A DNA stretch of 64,000 nucleotides from Candidatus Bathyarchaeia archaeon (GTDB lineage: Archaea > Thermoproteota > Bathyarchaeia > Bathyarchaeales > Bathycorpusculaceae). The position numbers and the translations under genes were made by a program. How positions within the stretch are numbered: the stretch's first letter is position 1; every line of letters begins with the position of its first letter. The notes under the pieces are model-generated. The model saw only the letters and a program-made list of their open reading frames with translations. It had not been told where the DNA came from and did not search any database. The stretch spans positions 1-64,000 of the forward strand of contig JBEKWR010000004.1 of the NCBI GenBank assembly GCA_049512935.1, in the 5' to 3' direction. This document shows positions 9,303 to 17,195 of the stretch, in pieces.

Positions 9303-10404
9303 CTTGGACAAAAAGGAAAGTTTACTCAATCGAATCAGAGGCTGGTTCCCTCAGGAGCCCTTGCTGAAGAAAGCGTTCCACGTGCAGAGTAAACCCACAA
9401 AAACAGTTCTTCCTCCTTCGTCTTGGGAGTCCACGAGCACTTTCGTGGCGTATTACTTTCTTGCCGCACTGTTCGCTTGGGAATTTTTGGTTATGAACGA
9501 CAATCCTCTCGGCTGGGTCTTTGTTGTAGGGGGTTATGCGTTGGCGTCGGGAAATTGGGCGGCGTGCATCTATCGGTTGAACCGCTGGCACCTGCTCGAT
9601 TGGGACTACTTGAAAGTCTTGTTCGGAACGTCAGCCGTTATAATCGTGACCGCAAATGTTCTTTTTGCGTTTACCCTCTTGAACTCGGTGAATTACTGGA
9701 TAATTTCGGCGGTGGACATATCAATCTTCACGGCGCTGTTTGCCCTCCGCGGACGAGTGGTGGGTGTAGGAAAAACTGCCTTGCGTAGAAAAATGAGTGT
9801 TTTGTTCGCACTGGCGGGTATCATTTTGCTCGTTTGCTCTATGTCACAGGTTTATCATGTCGAAGCAAAATTGACTCCGGTGGGACATTTTGCGAGCATA
9901 GTGCCGGAGAACCCATTCATCTTGAACCAGTCTATTCCCGACGTCGAAGTTGCACAGAACTTGACTACCAACAACTATGTTGATTTCGAGATAATCGTCG
10001 CTCGACTCTACGCTCATCAAACTGAAGTTTCAGGCGTCAGCGTCCAAGTGACAAACCAGTCCGCCTCGGCGTCCTCCACACCTGAAACCTACTTCTACTA
10101 TAACAGCTTTACAAATGGGTCTTCTATATATTGGCAACCCCCGCAAAACGGCACTTACTACTTCAGGCTACATTACGACTACGTTGTGCCCGTCCAAATG
10201 GACGTCTCAATCAGCTATTCTTGGTCAACGAACGAGATGTTGCCGACAAAAGTCTACAACCCGCTGCTCTCCGAGTTCATGACGCCGACGCTGATTCTTG
10301 CGGTGGCGCTGTTGGCGGCAAGTCTTGCTTTTTCAATTCGACGAACACGGGAGACTATAGCGTCGAAGCCGCCGTCTAAGTTTGGAAGTTCCCTGTGGAG
10401 TTGA
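9295..10404 (+). CDS. Array member 3: multi-TM protein with extracellular beta domain and N-terminal RIRGWFPQE
   Basis: True start is probably ATG 9295 (MANLDKKESLLNRIRGWFPQEP), overlapping the previous stop. About 5 TM helices, then WQPPQNGTYYF and a C-terminal TM. Confidence 0.75.
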   Translation: MANLDKKESLLNRIRGWFPQEPLLKKAFHVQSKPTKTVLPPSSWESTSTFVAYYFLAALFAWEFLVMNDNPLGWVFVVGGYALASGNWAACIYRLNRWHLLDWDYLKVLFGTSAVIIVTANVLFAFTLLNSVNYWIISAVDISIFTALFALRGRVVGVGKTALRRKMSVLFALAGIILLVCSMSQVYHVEAKLTPVGHFASIVPENPFILNQSIPDVEVAQNLTTNNYVDFEIIVARLYAHQTEVSGVSVQVTNQSASASSTPETYFYYNSFTNGSSIYWQPPQNGTYYFRLHYDYVVPVQMDVSISYSWSTNEMLPTKVYNPLLSEFMTPTLILAVALLAASLAFSIRRTRETIASKPPSKFGSSLWS

Positions 10405-10418
10405 AAACATGAATGCAA
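10398..10418 (+). repeat. Gene-junction direct repeat, copy 3
   Basis: GAGTTGAAAACATGAATGCAA, identical to 7529-7549. Confidence 0.85.
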
Positions 10419-11047
10419 AGAAAAATCCACAACAGCACGTTCATGGTTGGTTCACAGGAAACAGCCTCTCCAAAGCATGTGACGGCGTCGATTTAGGATT
10501 AAGCAGTTTAGTTCTTGCCAGAGCCCGAGTTCGAACTGGTAGAAGAAGCTCCATGTTTTTGGTTTTAAACGCGGTTATCTGGACCCTTCTTTGCTCTCTG
10601 TTCATGCTTCAAAGCAACATTTACTTCCACACTACCCTAACTTTTCAAGTCACCTGGATAATTGCGGGAGCAGCAATTGGAATTCCGTTCAGCGCTTTGG
10701 TAACACAAAGGCAGTTGAACGACTTGGAAAAGACAGGCGAGTCAGCGACAACCCTGAAAAGCCTCTTGCTTACGATAGCCGCCGCGGTCATTGCCGTAAC
10801 AGTAATAATAGAAGCTGTTTCCGTAGGTTTTTCAGGTCCGTTGGAAAACGCCTTTCTCTATTTTGGCGCGGCACTCACTCCAGCCTTTTTGATTACACGA
10901 GCCTTTCTTATGTTACAGTGGGAGAGAATTAACATGACCATGATCTTTCAGGACAACTACGGGTTCTACACTCCATGTAAGCAGCCTGCGGAAAAAAGCG
11001 CAGAAGTTTCCAATCAAACTTTTCAGAGGGAAGAGACTTCAAAATGA
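10409..11047 (+). CDS. Array member 4: 4-TM membrane protein, paralog of member 1, with degenerate motif HVHGWFT
   Basis: Start ATG 10409 (MNAKKNPQQHVHGWF). Shares QV..I..G..G.....RQL..L...GE and the C-terminal WE....I with the 7540 gene. Confidence 0.7.
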   Translation: MNAKKNPQQHVHGWFTGNSLSKACDGVDLGLSSLVLARARVRTGRRSSMFLVLNAVIWTLLCSLFMLQSNIYFHTTLTFQVTWIIAGAAIGIPFSALVTQRQLNDLEKTGESATTLKSLLLTIAAAVIAVTVIIEAVSVGFSGPLENAFLYFGAALTPAFLITRAFLMLQWERINMTMIFQDNYGFYTPCKQPAEKSAEVSNQTFQREETSK

Positions 11048-12441
11048 CAGAAGCCAAAAAAAGCTTAAGAGATCGCATCCGAGGATGGTTCCCCCAAGAC
11101 CCTAAACTGTCTTCAAAATACGCCGAAAAGCAAAAAGACGAAAAGAGAACCGACGTTCTCAACAGGCCGCTGTACGAAGTTAACTTTGACACTATAGTGA
11201 CGGTTCTGCCTGGGTTTCTGCTTGTACTTTTTGGAATTTTGGGTTTTGTTTTCAACGACTTGGCGCTGGCAACTGTGCAGAGCATAGCAATGTTTGTTCC
11301 GCTGGGCTTCTTCATCGGCTACCTTTTTACGTTCTGGATAGTGGTTGTGGCAATCATTGCTATAGTAGTTCTTGTTCGAACCCACACGGTAAACAGGGCG
11401 TTTTTTAAAAGGAATTTCACCAAAAGGCGCCTTTTGCCCTGGGGCATATCGGCAATTCTTATTTACTCGACCTACTTGGCTTCGAATTCGGGCACAGAGC
11501 TTGCCTATGCTGTACCGATAACTTTCCTGGTTTCAGGCGTAATCGTTTTTTTGGGTTTGAAGAAGTTTGCAGTCACTCTCCCAGCGTTTGCGGTGCTGCT
11601 AATATGCATGTTAGTTTTCGGCTGCGCCGTGGCGGGAGCGAACACGGTTACTTACGTCTGGGAGGACCGCGGCTTAACCGCAGCACAGGCCCCAAACGTT
11701 AATGCCGTAAACCTTACTGCGCGAAGCATGGAAGGGGACATCAGGCTTTACTTTACAGCTGACGCTTCCCAAGTCTGCAAAATTCAGTACATGAAGGAAT
11801 ATGGCGTGGTTACAACGAGCGTAGGCACTCAATACCACGGCCCATCCCAGTACGTTGGTGAACCCGCAAGCGGCTTCAACTACACAATAGACAACCATGA
11901 AGCGAACATACTCGCCACCTCATACACTACGCTAATCAACATAACCGTAAATCAGAATTTGGAGGGCAACTTCAACTTCTACACCTATTACGGAGACATA
12001 ACCGTCAATGTCCCGCCCAACGTCGGCACCATCCAAAAATTGAATTTAACAAGTGTCCTTGGCGCCGTACATTTCGACATAAGCAACGCAACCGACCTGC
12101 AGAGCATAACGGCAAAAACCAACGCCACCGTCCAGGCCCAAATCACCTCGACAACCCAAACACAAGACGCCACCGTCCAGTTAAACGGCGGAACAGTAAA
12201 GCTGACGCTTGACGTGAACAACATTAGATCCGAAATATTTGCTTACCAAACGAGCAATTGGGGAACCCTGCAGGCTAACACACAAGGGTTCCTAGTGATG
12301 AACAAAACCAATTCATACTTCAACGCTCAAACCACAAACTACGCTACAGCCTCTTTGAAAAGATTGGATGTCAACGCGACTTCAGACCAGTCAACGACCG
12401 CGCCAAGCATGGCTATCGCAGCGACTTACGGCCAAAAATAA
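11044..12441 (+). CDS. Array member 5: about 5-TM protein with extracellular adhesin-like (DUF4097-like) beta-strand repeats and N-terminal RIRGWFPQD
   Basis: Begins MTEAKKSLRDRIRGWFPQDP. Repeats LTARSMEGDI, FYTYYGDITV, LTSVLGAVHF. ATGA overlap with the previous gene. Confidence 0.75.
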   Translation: MTEAKKSLRDRIRGWFPQDPKLSSKYAEKQKDEKRTDVLNRPLYEVNFDTIVTVLPGFLLVLFGILGFVFNDLALATVQSIAMFVPLGFFIGYLFTFWIVVVAIIAIVVLVRTHTVNRAFFKRNFTKRRLLPWGISAILIYSTYLASNSGTELAYAVPITFLVSGVIVFLGLKKFAVTLPAFAVLLICMLVFGCAVAGANTVTYVWEDRGLTAAQAPNVNAVNLTARSMEGDIRLYFTADASQVCKIQYMKEYGVVTTSVGTQYHGPSQYVGEPASGFNYTIDNHEANILATSYTTLINITVNQNLEGNFNFYTYYGDITVNVPPNVGTIQKLNLTSVLGAVHFDISNATDLQSITAKTNATVQAQITSTTQTQDATVQLNGGTVKLTLDVNNIRSEIFAYQTSNWGTLQANTQGFLVMNKTNSYFNAQTTNYATASLKRLDVNATSDQSTTAPSMAIAATYGQK

Positions 12442-12631
12442 ACCCTTTATTTCTCCAAGTTCCTTTGCGATCGCTTCTGACAAAAGCTTCCATGCAGCAG
12501 CAAATCTCTCTTTGTAATCGGGTGGTAAGTGCATCGACTCACTAAGAATACTTCATCATCCGCTTACCTATTTTTGGTGTAACCGAAAGTTAGATATTCT
12601 GAACGAAAGAGAAAGGAAACGGGGTTCATTT

Positions 12632-13534
12632 ATGAATTTGACGACTCATCTGTTTTTCGGTTTGGCGGTTGGTTTCCTTTTCTTCGGTCAACCCGCGCTT
12701 GCGCTTCTAGTAGGCATAGGTGCTCTTCTGCCTGATTTAGACAGAGAGTATTGGTTCATCCTAAAACCACAACAGTATCGAGACGAGCAACTTCACCGTT
12801 CCCTGTTCCACAATTTCTTCGTAATGGCCGTCGTCGCCCTGATTAGCCCAATTGTTTCTTTGGGCATGTTTCTCCACACGCTCCAAGACGCGTTGACAAC
12901 GGTAAAAGATCGAGGCTGCGAGTGGCTGTACCCCGTGAGTCGGCTTGTTAAGCGAGGCATAAAAAACGCTGAAGGAAACGACGAGTCTTTAGACCCAAAA
13001 GAACACATCTACTTTTATCAAGAGGACTCGAACGGACTGCTTGAAAACGCTGATCCCGACCTACGCGAACCTGGAGACAAGCCCGTGCCTTGGCGTAGAA
13101 CCTACGGTCCAGCACTGAACGGAAAACTGCTAGATACTGGCTTTCTCGTAGGATCAATTTTCTTAATAATTCTCTGGATGTTTATCACCGGCACGTCTCG
13201 TGCTGCCGGTTTAGAAACCTTCTTAACCCAAAACTGGAGCAATTGCCTGATTGGTTTCGGCTCAATAGGTCTTGTTTTTGCGTCAGGTGAACTGGACAGA
13301 CGGTTTAGACCAGCGACTTCTCAGAAACTTTTGATAGATGTTGGCAAAGTGCTTATTTTCTTCACAGGAATAGGCATCGGCGCGTATGCCCTTTTCAATT
13401 TTCGTGCCAGTCTATACGCCAATCTGACGGCTAATAATTGGCTCTTTGTTCTGCTCGGAACGCTTGTGGTCGCTATCATAGGAATTGTTTTAATAAAGGT
13501 TCAGACCCGCTCCGGAAAAATCGCAACCGTTTAA
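12632..13534 (+). CDS. Membrane-bound metal-dependent hydrolase (YdjM-like)
   Basis: TH..FG, GALLPDLD, HRSLFH, HTLQD motifs. Confidence 0.8.
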   Translation: MNLTTHLFFGLAVGFLFFGQPALALLVGIGALLPDLDREYWFILKPQQYRDEQLHRSLFHNFFVMAVVALISPIVSLGMFLHTLQDALTTVKDRGCEWLYPVSRLVKRGIKNAEGNDESLDPKEHIYFYQEDSNGLLENADPDLREPGDKPVPWRRTYGPALNGKLLDTGFLVGSIFLIILWMFITGTSRAAGLETFLTQNWSNCLIGFGSIGLVFASGELDRRFRPATSQKLLIDVGKVLIFFTGIGIGAYALFNFRASLYANLTANNWLFVLLGTLVVAIIGIVLIKVQTRSGKIATV

Positions 13535-13615
13535 GCTAAAGGAGTTGTCTCTGTCACGGCGGCGGTGCTATTCACTTTAGGCGTGGCGTTACTACGATGA
13601 AGAGACGACTAAAAA

Positions 13616-14084
13616 TCACTTCTCTTTTCTGTGTCCAAACTCCTCTGCCATTGCCTTCGCCAAAAGCTTCCATGCCGCCGCATCTGCCCTTCGTAGTTTT
13701 TGGGCAAGCAACTTGGCGTCTTCTTTACTTTCATAATCCAAGTGGAGACCCGTGAATTCTAAAACGGAGGCTTCTTTGCCGTCGGCTGAAATTCGGTAGA
13801 GGAACTGTGAGTACTTGTTTGGGCCAGTCAAGTGGGTGGAAACCCAGGCTAACTGGTCTGGGTAAAGCTGCAGGACTTTTTCCTTTTCCATTGTACCCAT
13901 CGCTGAGTGAAAAACGTCTTTCAAAATTATTATGCCTTCGGGCAACGCTGGTTACATGCCGCTGAGCGCCTTCGTCACCCATTAACGCATGGTCATCTGG
14001 TCCAAAGTCAACGCACCATTTGAAAGCCTTTTGCGCGGAAACTCGGAAACGTTGACTGAACTGGTATCTAACCGTTAACGGCAT
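13616..14084 (-). pseudogene. Hypothetical (START/SRPBCC-like) gene split by a +1 frameshift near 13941
   Basis: ORFs 13731-14084 and 13616-13945 join into one frame if one C is removed from GTTGCCCGAAGGC (minus strand). This could be an assembly error. Confidence 0.6.
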
Positions 14085-14213
14085 AGTGGTCGCCAGCTAC
14101 TAAATCACGTCACCAGCCTTAATAATTTGACTATCTCAAGCCAGGGATGTTGGCGCAAAGAATCAGGTTTCCGCGTTCACTCAGCTACAAAAAAAAAATA
14201 AAAAAGGGAGTTT

Positions 14214-14909
14214 TTAGACTGTCAATTGTTTTCCGCAGTGAGCGCAATATATTGCGTCCGTTGCGACAGACGCGCCGCAGTTTGAGCAGAATCGTTCTGC
14301 TTGTTGCGGTTGGGCTTCAGACGGTATGAAAGGTTGAGCATATGGTTGTGATGTGTCTTGTTTCTTTGATCTCATGGAGAAAAAGCCAAGCACTGAGAAT
14401 ATCCAAGCGATGAATATCAGGATCAAGCCAATAAGCACTATCGACAGTATTGCACCCCACCAGAGGAAGTCAGCAGCGACGATGAATGATTGTTCTCCTG
14501 ATTTCTGCGCAAGCGTGTTGAAGGTTTTTCTGAAGTGCGTTGCGGCGTACCTGAAGAATATGAAAGCAACAACTATTGTCACGGCGAAAACGGTCATGCC
14601 AGCTACTAAGCCTGGGGTTCCAAATCCTGAGAAGCCTTTGATGGTGATTACGGATGCAAGTCCAACTACTAACGCGGCAATGGCTATTGCTTCGGCTATT
14701 ATTGCGACTATGTAGAATTTGACGCCGTTTAGGGAGTTCTGGTAGATTTCGTTATCCTGGAAATAATTTGAAAGTTCGTTGATTCCCCTCAGAAATAGGA
14801 TTACACCGATGAGGCCCAGTATCCAGCCGACGTAAGGAACTGGGCTGAGGATAAGCAGAACTGAGCCCTCGCCAGCCAGAATCTTGCCATATTCGAAGTT
14901 TGTTCCCAT
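14214..14909 (-). CDS. DUF996-like membrane protein with C-terminal zinc ribbon
   Basis: Begins MGTNFEYGKILAG.G. Multi-TM, with CSNCG...YCAHCG. The ORF-track extension to 15029 is the translated tandem repeat. Confidence 0.75.
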   Translation of the reverse strand: MGTNFEYGKILAGEGSVLLILSPVPYVGWILGLIGVILFLRGINELSNYFQDNEIYQNSLNGVKFYIVAIIAEAIAIAALVVGLASVITIKGFSGFGTPGLVAGMTVFAVTIVVAFIFFRYAATHFRKTFNTLAQKSGEQSFIVAADFLWWGAILSIVLIGLILIFIAWIFSVLGFFSMRSKKQDTSQPYAQPFIPSEAQPQQAERFCSNCGASVATDAIYCAHCGKQLTV

Positions 14910-14961
14910 TTTTTTGCCTCCTTGATTTTTAATTCCTGAAGTCACTACAAGACGCTTGCGG

Positions 14962-15024
14962 GTTATAGCCCTAACATTTAGAGTTACAGCCCTAACGTTT
15001 AGAGCTACGCCTCTAAGAGTTAGA
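14962..15024. promoter_or_regulatory. Three 21-bp tandem units, each containing a CTAA-N3-TTAG palindrome (putative operator array)
   Basis: GTTATAGCCCTAACATTTAGA / GTTACAGCCCTAACGTTTAGA / GCTACGCCTCTAAGAGTTAGA, lying between divergent genes. Confidence 0.7.
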
Positions 15025-15121
15025 GTCATAAGTAAACCAGTGAATTATATGAAATCATGGAAAGAAAATTTAGCCGCGGAGCTTCGTTTATCTTCCCGTT
15101 GATGATTAAGCGGAGCAGTGG

Positions 15122-15604
15122 ATGAACGTGTCCAAGCCCCGTGGAATAAGCGCTGACATTCAGTCGCCAAGAACCAAGCTGCTGTACTTCATCTATACCG
15201 CCCCAGGCAGCAGAATAAAGGCTGAACCCGGCGTTAAATCAAGCATCTCCTCCGCCCTGGGCTACAAGTCTGACGGCCACTTTCACTACGACTGGAACTA
15301 CTTGGTGAGTGCAGGTATGATTGAGGAAAAACAGGGCTACTTTCTCGTGACTGATGAGGGAAAGAGGGAGTTTGCCCTGCATTCAACTGCTTCCAGAAGC
15401 AACTCGGTAATGATTGTGATCGGGATCGCAATGGTGCTTTTCACTTTTTCGGTCGAGCTGGGGATAGTTCCCGTGATCAGCGTGACATTCTTCGGAGCAG
15501 CGCTAATCCTTGTTGGGTCAATATTTTTGGTCGTGGACCGAAGAAACAGGCCGGCACTGCCGCTCGAAGCCAAAGCTTTACTCAAAGAGCTAAATCGACA
15601 CTAG
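15122..15604 (+). CDS. Putative membrane-tethered winged-helix protein
   Basis: N-terminal wHTH-like segment (ISSALGY...YLVSAGMIEE....VTDEGK) followed by two TM helices. Confidence 0.6.
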   Translation: MNVSKPRGISADIQSPRTKLLYFIYTAPGSRIKAEPGVKSSISSALGYKSDGHFHYDWNYLVSAGMIEEKQGYFLVTDEGKREFALHSTASRSNSVMIVIGIAMVLFTFSVELGIVPVISVTFFGAALILVGSIFLVVDRRNRPALPLEAKALLKELNRH

Positions 15605-15641
15605 ACGGATCGAAGTCCACTTCATCCTGCTGGAAAATGGT

Positions 15642-15667
15642 TGGTGCGACGGGTGGGATTTGAACCC
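15642..15667 (-). repeat. Duplicated 3' end of a tRNA-Leu (att-like direct repeat)
   Basis: TGGTGCGACGGGTGGGATTTGAACCC matches 16389-16414 at 24/26. Confidence 0.75.
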
Positions 15668-15763
15668 CACTAAAATTTCTCTTTTGCAAAAAAAAGACAA
15701 GTAGTTAGGACTACGACTTTTAACACGTAAGCTTATTAACCGATAAACATAAACTGAGAAGCT

Positions 15764-16048
15764 GTGAAAACACCGCTCAAGTTCAGCAGTCATGCTAAAG
15801 AAAAAATGAAAATTAGGAAAATAAAAGTGTCAGACGTAGATGCTGCGATAACAACACCTGATAACGCTTATGAGGATGTTGAGCATGGAACGTTGATTGC
15901 AATTAAAAAGGTAAACGGTAACTCAATTATTGTTGCTTATAACATAGTCAACGATGGAGCTAAAGTTATAACACTCTTCTATACTACTAAACTAGATAAA
16001 TTGGTCAAAACTAAGACGGCGAGAGGCGCATGGAAAAAGGTAAAGTGA
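15764..16048 (+). CDS. DUF4258/RelE-like putative toxin
   Basis: FSSHAKEKM..R.I and C-terminal KVIT motif, small and basic; overlaps the downstream partner gene. Confidence 0.75.
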   Translation: MKTPLKFSSHAKEKMKIRKIKVSDVDAAITTPDNAYEDVEHGTLIAIKKVNGNSIIVAYNIVNDGAKVITLFYTTKLDKLVKTKTARGAWKKVK

Positions 16049-16245
16049 AAGCATCCTACGACAAAGAGGAGGATATTCTCTATCTACTCTTCAAAGAGGG
16101 TCCCAGCCATGAAGTGATTGAAGCGGACCCTGACGTGCACCTCGAGTTGGACAAAAAAGGAAAAATTATGGGCATAGAAATTTGGAATGCTCGACGAAGT
16201 GGTCTTATAAAAGAGGTTGAAGAAGCAATAGCAGAAACAGCCTAA
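16030..16245 (+). CDS. DUF2283 putative antitoxin
   Basis: YDKEEDILYL...LDKKGKIMGIEIWNA. Confidence 0.85.
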   Translation: MEKGKVKASYDKEEDILYLLFKEGPSHEVIEADPDVHLELDKKGKIMGIEIWNARRSGLIKEVEEAIAETA

Positions 16246-16388
16246 TGGGAGACTTAGTCAACTTGACTCTGACTTTTTAGCGGGTTTCTTGACTAATCAT
16301 ACAATACTGCGTAAGATTAACAGATAGCTTTCGATAAGCTTGCAACTTGAATCGTCACAGGCAAGGACAGCAAAAAGAATGCAGATTT

Positions 16389-16476
16389 TGGTGCGGAGGG
16401 TGGGATTTGAACCCACGAACCCCTGCGGGATAGGAGCCTCAGTCCTACGCCTTTGGCCATGCTGGGCGACCTCCGC
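16389..16476 (-). tRNA. tRNA-Leu(GAG)
   Basis: Acceptor stem GCGGAGG/CCTCCGC, anticodon arm TAGGA-CT-GAG-GC-TCCTA, long variable arm, GGTTCAAATCC, encoded CCA. Confidence 0.95.
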
Positions 16477-16595
16477 AAACATGCCTTTTCGTTGCTTTCG
16501 AATCGGTGCGAAATATAGAATTAGTCAGGGCATTTAAAGGCTTTACCGTAAGTTCAACGCTTGCCGTGCGAAGCAGGGTTCTAAAATGTTAAAAT

Positions 16596-17195
16596 TCACT
16601 TGATTGCGGTGAGCAAAAAGAAGCCGTGTTCAGCGAAGAGGTTGGGCAAGAACTTTGCTTGCCTGTTGCCTGACTTGAAGAATGACCGTTCAACCTTGAT
16701 TTGTGTTTTTCGGCAGTAATCTTCAAAGTCCTTTAGGCTTAAGAAATGCAGGTTCGGTGTGTCGTACCATTGAAATGGAAGCGAGGCGGTGACGGGAACT
16801 CGCCCTCGGAAGAATATGCTTGCTCTGGCTTTGTAGTGTGCGAAGTTTGGGATGCCTACGATTGTTTTTTTGCCTACTCGAAGGGCTTCTTTGAGTGCGA
16901 AGTCTGGTTTTTTTACTTGCTGTAGAGTCTGGTTTAAGATGACGTAGTCGAATGAGTTGTCGATGTACTCAGAGAGCCCTGTGTCTATGTCCTGCTGAAA
17001 AACGCTCAAACCTTGGGCGACGCATCGCACAATTGCCTGTTCGCTGAGTTCGATGCCTTGGGCGTGCACATTCTTTTCCCGTATCAGGAACCCTAAGAGC
17101 TCTCCGTCTCCGCAGCCGAGGTCCAGCACAGATGCGCCGTTAAAAATCCATCTGGCGAACGTTTTGTATTCGATTCTGTCAGCGGGCTGCGTCAT
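16596..17195 (-). CDS. metW: Methionine biosynthesis protein MetW
   Basis: VLDLGCGDGELL, FDYVILNQTLQ, WYDTPNLH; follows metX. Confidence 0.92.
   Translation of the reverse strand: MTQPADRIEYKTFARWIFNGASVLDLGCGDGELLGFLIREKNVHAQGIELSEQAIVRCVAQGLSVFQQDIDTGLSEYIDNSFDYVILNQTLQQVKKPDFALKEALRVGKKTIVGIPNFAHYKARASIFFRGRVPVTASLPFQWYDTPNLHFLSLKDFEDYCRKTQIKVERSFFKSGNRQAKFLPNLFAEHGFFLLTAIK

Noticed and set aside
14910-15029. N-terminal extension MTLTLRGVALNVRAVTLNVRA of the 14214 ORF
   Set aside because: It is the translated 21-bp tandem repeat. A GGAGG ribosome-binding site precedes the ATG at 14909.
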